A stretch of 35,713 nt of DNA, taken from a virus. Its lineage: Duplodnaviria; Caudoviricetes. The position numbers and the translations under genes are program-made. The stretch covers positions 1 through 35,713 of IMG/VR virus record IMGVR_UViG_3300037311_000287; one strand, given 5' to 3'. Shown here piece by piece: positions 34,634 to 35,713 of this stretch. Each line of letters starts with the position of its first letter. The first letter of the stretch is position 1. The notes beneath the pieces are model-generated. The model was not told where the DNA came from, ran no database searches, and saw only the letters and a list, made by a program, of their open reading frames with translations.

Positions 34634-35713
34634 TTAGTATTGTGATCTGATGTCAATTTCAAATTCATCATCATCGGCATCAGTACTCTGACTCGGTTGT
34701 ATTGGAGCAGGTACATGGTTAAGTCCCTGCATCAAATAGATGTCTTCAGCGCTATTCACTTCGTTCTTTGGTGCTACACCACCTAGCATCAGGTCCAATT
34801 CAGATACACCCTCGGTCATGCTTTCCAGGTAATCTTTCCGCTGTTGTTCTAATCGCTTAATCCTTTCTTTTGCCCGGCGTAATTGGGTGTGATCGGCGGT
34901 GGGGCCGTAGATCTGAACTGGAGCCTGATGCTGGGCAGGGCACAGATACCTATCAGTTTTCACATCGAATAGGTGAACTACATCAAGGTTATCTATGTCG
35001 TATGCCAGCTTTACACTTTCATGGTTTGCTATGACATCAAATGTGTCTATGGTGTAGAAGAAATCTGCATTGTCAATTCTTGTCTTGATCATGCCCAGGT
35101 TGCTGACTCTGACCTGTTTTGTTGCACCGAAAAGGCGCACGAACTGGTAAGCCTGGACATTATTCACATGTGGCTTGTCTGATTGCTCATGCACTTCCAA
35201 TGGAGACAAATCAATGTGAGCGTATTTTTTGCTATACCTGGACAAGGTCGTTTTTCTGTAAGCTTCCACTATCCTGGTAGCTTCGCTGCAAGCTGCATCA
35301 AAATCCCATCCGGTTTTTGAAGCTTCTTTTCTGCACCTTGTCAAATACTCTTTTGTGCGGTGGGCACTAAGCCTTCTGGACTGAATACCTTCACCATAGT
35401 AGTATGCAGAATCTTGCATGAAGACAGTTTGAAGGACCCCAAACCAGCGCTCTAATCGTGCTTTACCCGTGGCTACACTGGTGTAGGTCATTTTTACCCC
35501 GCAATTGTAAAACCACCGTTCATTCTCCTGCCACTCTGGAGTGTTGTGGCCAGGGAATTGGTCCATGACCAGTTCATATGGCAGATAACCGGTATTATCT
35601 ACAGCATTTCGTATAGCTGACAAATAAGCCCATCTGTTTTCTACCACATCAAAGTGGTAGCCAACTATATCACCGCTGTGTACATCTTTTACTGCTATAA
35701 TCCACAGGAATTG
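34634..35713 (-). CDS. MuA-like DDE transposase, 3' part (5' end beyond the window)
   Basis: Frame open to the window edge: AVKDVHSGDIVG, LVMDQFPGH and KARLERWFG RNase H-like core motifs; Mu-type C-terminal V.LAYD..NL..V.LF. Confidence 0.9.
   Translation of the reverse strand, partial: QFLWIIAVKDVHSGDIVGYHFDVVENRWAYLSAIRNAVDNTGYLPYELVMDQFPGHNTPEWQENERWFYNCGVKMTYTSVATGKARLERWFGVLQTVFMQDSAYYYGEGIQSRRLSAHRTKEYLTRCRKEASKTGWDFDAACSEATRIVEAYRKTTLSRYSKKYAHIDLSPLEVHEQSDKPHVNNVQAYQFVRLFGATKQVRVSNLGMIKTRIDNADFFYTIDTFDVIANHESVKLAYDIDNLDVVHLFDVKTDRYLCPAQHQAPVQIYGPTADHTQLRRAKERIKRLEQQRKDYLESMTEGVSELDLMLGGVAPKNEVNSAEDIYLMQGLNHVPAPIQPSQSTDADDDEFEIDIRSQY

Larger units (their letters stand above)
4442..35713. 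mobile_element. Mu-like transposable prophage with contractile tail; one end near 4442, continues beyond the window
   Basis: DDE transposase next to a MuB-like ATPase, Mu gp28/gp29/gpF/gpG/gp36/gp37-like head and neck genes, sheath/tube/baseplate module, and a sharp junction inside a host gene. Confidence 0.93.

Noticed and set aside
5379-35182. Numerous antisense or alternative-frame ORFs inside phage genes (e.g. 11305..11961, 15818..16315, 23056..23634, 25387..25959)
   Set aside because: They overlap well-supported genes and show no independent motifs.

Overview
Bacteroidota chromosome segment (TAnnTTTG-type promoters, a Q-rule signal peptide, Bacteroidota-type phage genes; lower taxon not determinable). 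Positions 1-4441 are host DNA: the 5' part of a polyprenyl diphosphate synthase gene, a polytopic membrane protein gene, a 1.4-kb ORF-poor spacer with three minus-strand terminators, a 495-aa helical hypothetical protein gene, and the first 11 codons of a tandem paralog of that gene. From about 4442 to the window end lies a Mu-like (transposable) prophage with a contractile tail, apparently inserted into that paralog. A leftward late operon carries prohead protease, capsid, membrane/lysis proteins, sheath, tube, a -1 frameshifted tail chaperone, tape measure, baseplate and fibre genes. A rightward operon carries terminase, a portal-MuF fusion and neck genes. A leftward early region carries the DDE transposase (cut by the window edge), a MuB-like ATPase, two peptidoglycan hydrolases and a BRO antirepressor. 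Most notable observations: (i) the portal-MuF protein ends in a putative RNase-type domain with no immunity ORF but a convergent promoter plus hairpin small RNA directly behind it; (ii) a fibre-like SGNH esterase with a Sec signal peptide ends the tail operon; (iii) a C4/CI-like antisense RNA switch precedes the antirepressor; (iv) a u-spanin-like lipoprotein. All family assignments come from motif recognition by eye; no database search was run.
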